A stretch of DNA of 51,483 bases, filler included, from Catajapyx aquilonaris (taxonomy: Eukaryota), in NCBI GenBank assembly GCA_000934665.2. It is 2 parts of 2 records of this genome, joined end to end, with 100 filler letters (N's around TTAATTAATTAA, not from the genome) between each part and the next. Parts side by side here need not be neighbours in the genome. Positions count along the whole stretch, not along the records: positions 25,779 to 51,483 come from JYFJ02005321.1; 1 more part is not named here. The stretch is one strand, 5' to 3'. The notes beneath the pieces were generated by a model, which was not told where the DNA came from, ran no database searches, and was given only the letters and a program-made list of their open reading frames with translations. This document shows positions 51,397-51,483 of this stretch, one piece after another. The position numbers were made by a program, and so were the translations under genes. Position 1 is the stretch's first letter. Each line of letters begins with the position of its first letter.

Positions 51397-51483
51397 CCTT
51401 CTTAGTTGTTAATATGGACCATTCATCGGATATTGCCGAAAAAATATTGTGCTGATTGCTATTACAAAAGAATTCATTTCTAT

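Noticed and set aside
1..51483. CRISPR arrays, operons or prokaryotic defence systems
   Set aside because: The sequence is intron-containing eukaryotic DNA; no repeat-spacer arrays or bacterial-type gene clusters were seen.

Overview
Eukaryotic genomic DNA with spliceosomal GT-AG introns, most likely from an arthropod (probably a non-holometabolous insect; inferred from the gene set and an Lm1-like SINE core). The window is two unrelated-looking pieces joined by an artificial 100-bp linker (N44-TTAATTAATTAA-N44, 25679-25778). Left piece (1-25678) is transposon-rich: a decayed RTE-type LINE carrying a solo LTR, a Gypsy relic with nested DNA transposons, many MITEs and tRNA-derived SINEs. It also holds two genes largely missed by the ORF track. 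One is a 3-exon, 98-aa divergent SUMO-like gene (+, 2877-12088) whose stop codon falls exactly where the di-glycine should be. The other is a 5'-truncated, 14-exon neprilysin (M13)-like gene (-, 17209-25018) with intact zinc ligands but substituted substrate/transition-state residues. Right piece (25779-51483) is compact: a complete flamingo/starry night (CELSR) gene with ~55-nt introns, an aberrant GPS and alternative C-termini, then a convergent Arl8 gene, an MDR-family quinone-oxidoreductase-like gene, and several non-coding or uncertain elements. All family assignments come from manual translation and remembered consensus sequences, not from database searches.
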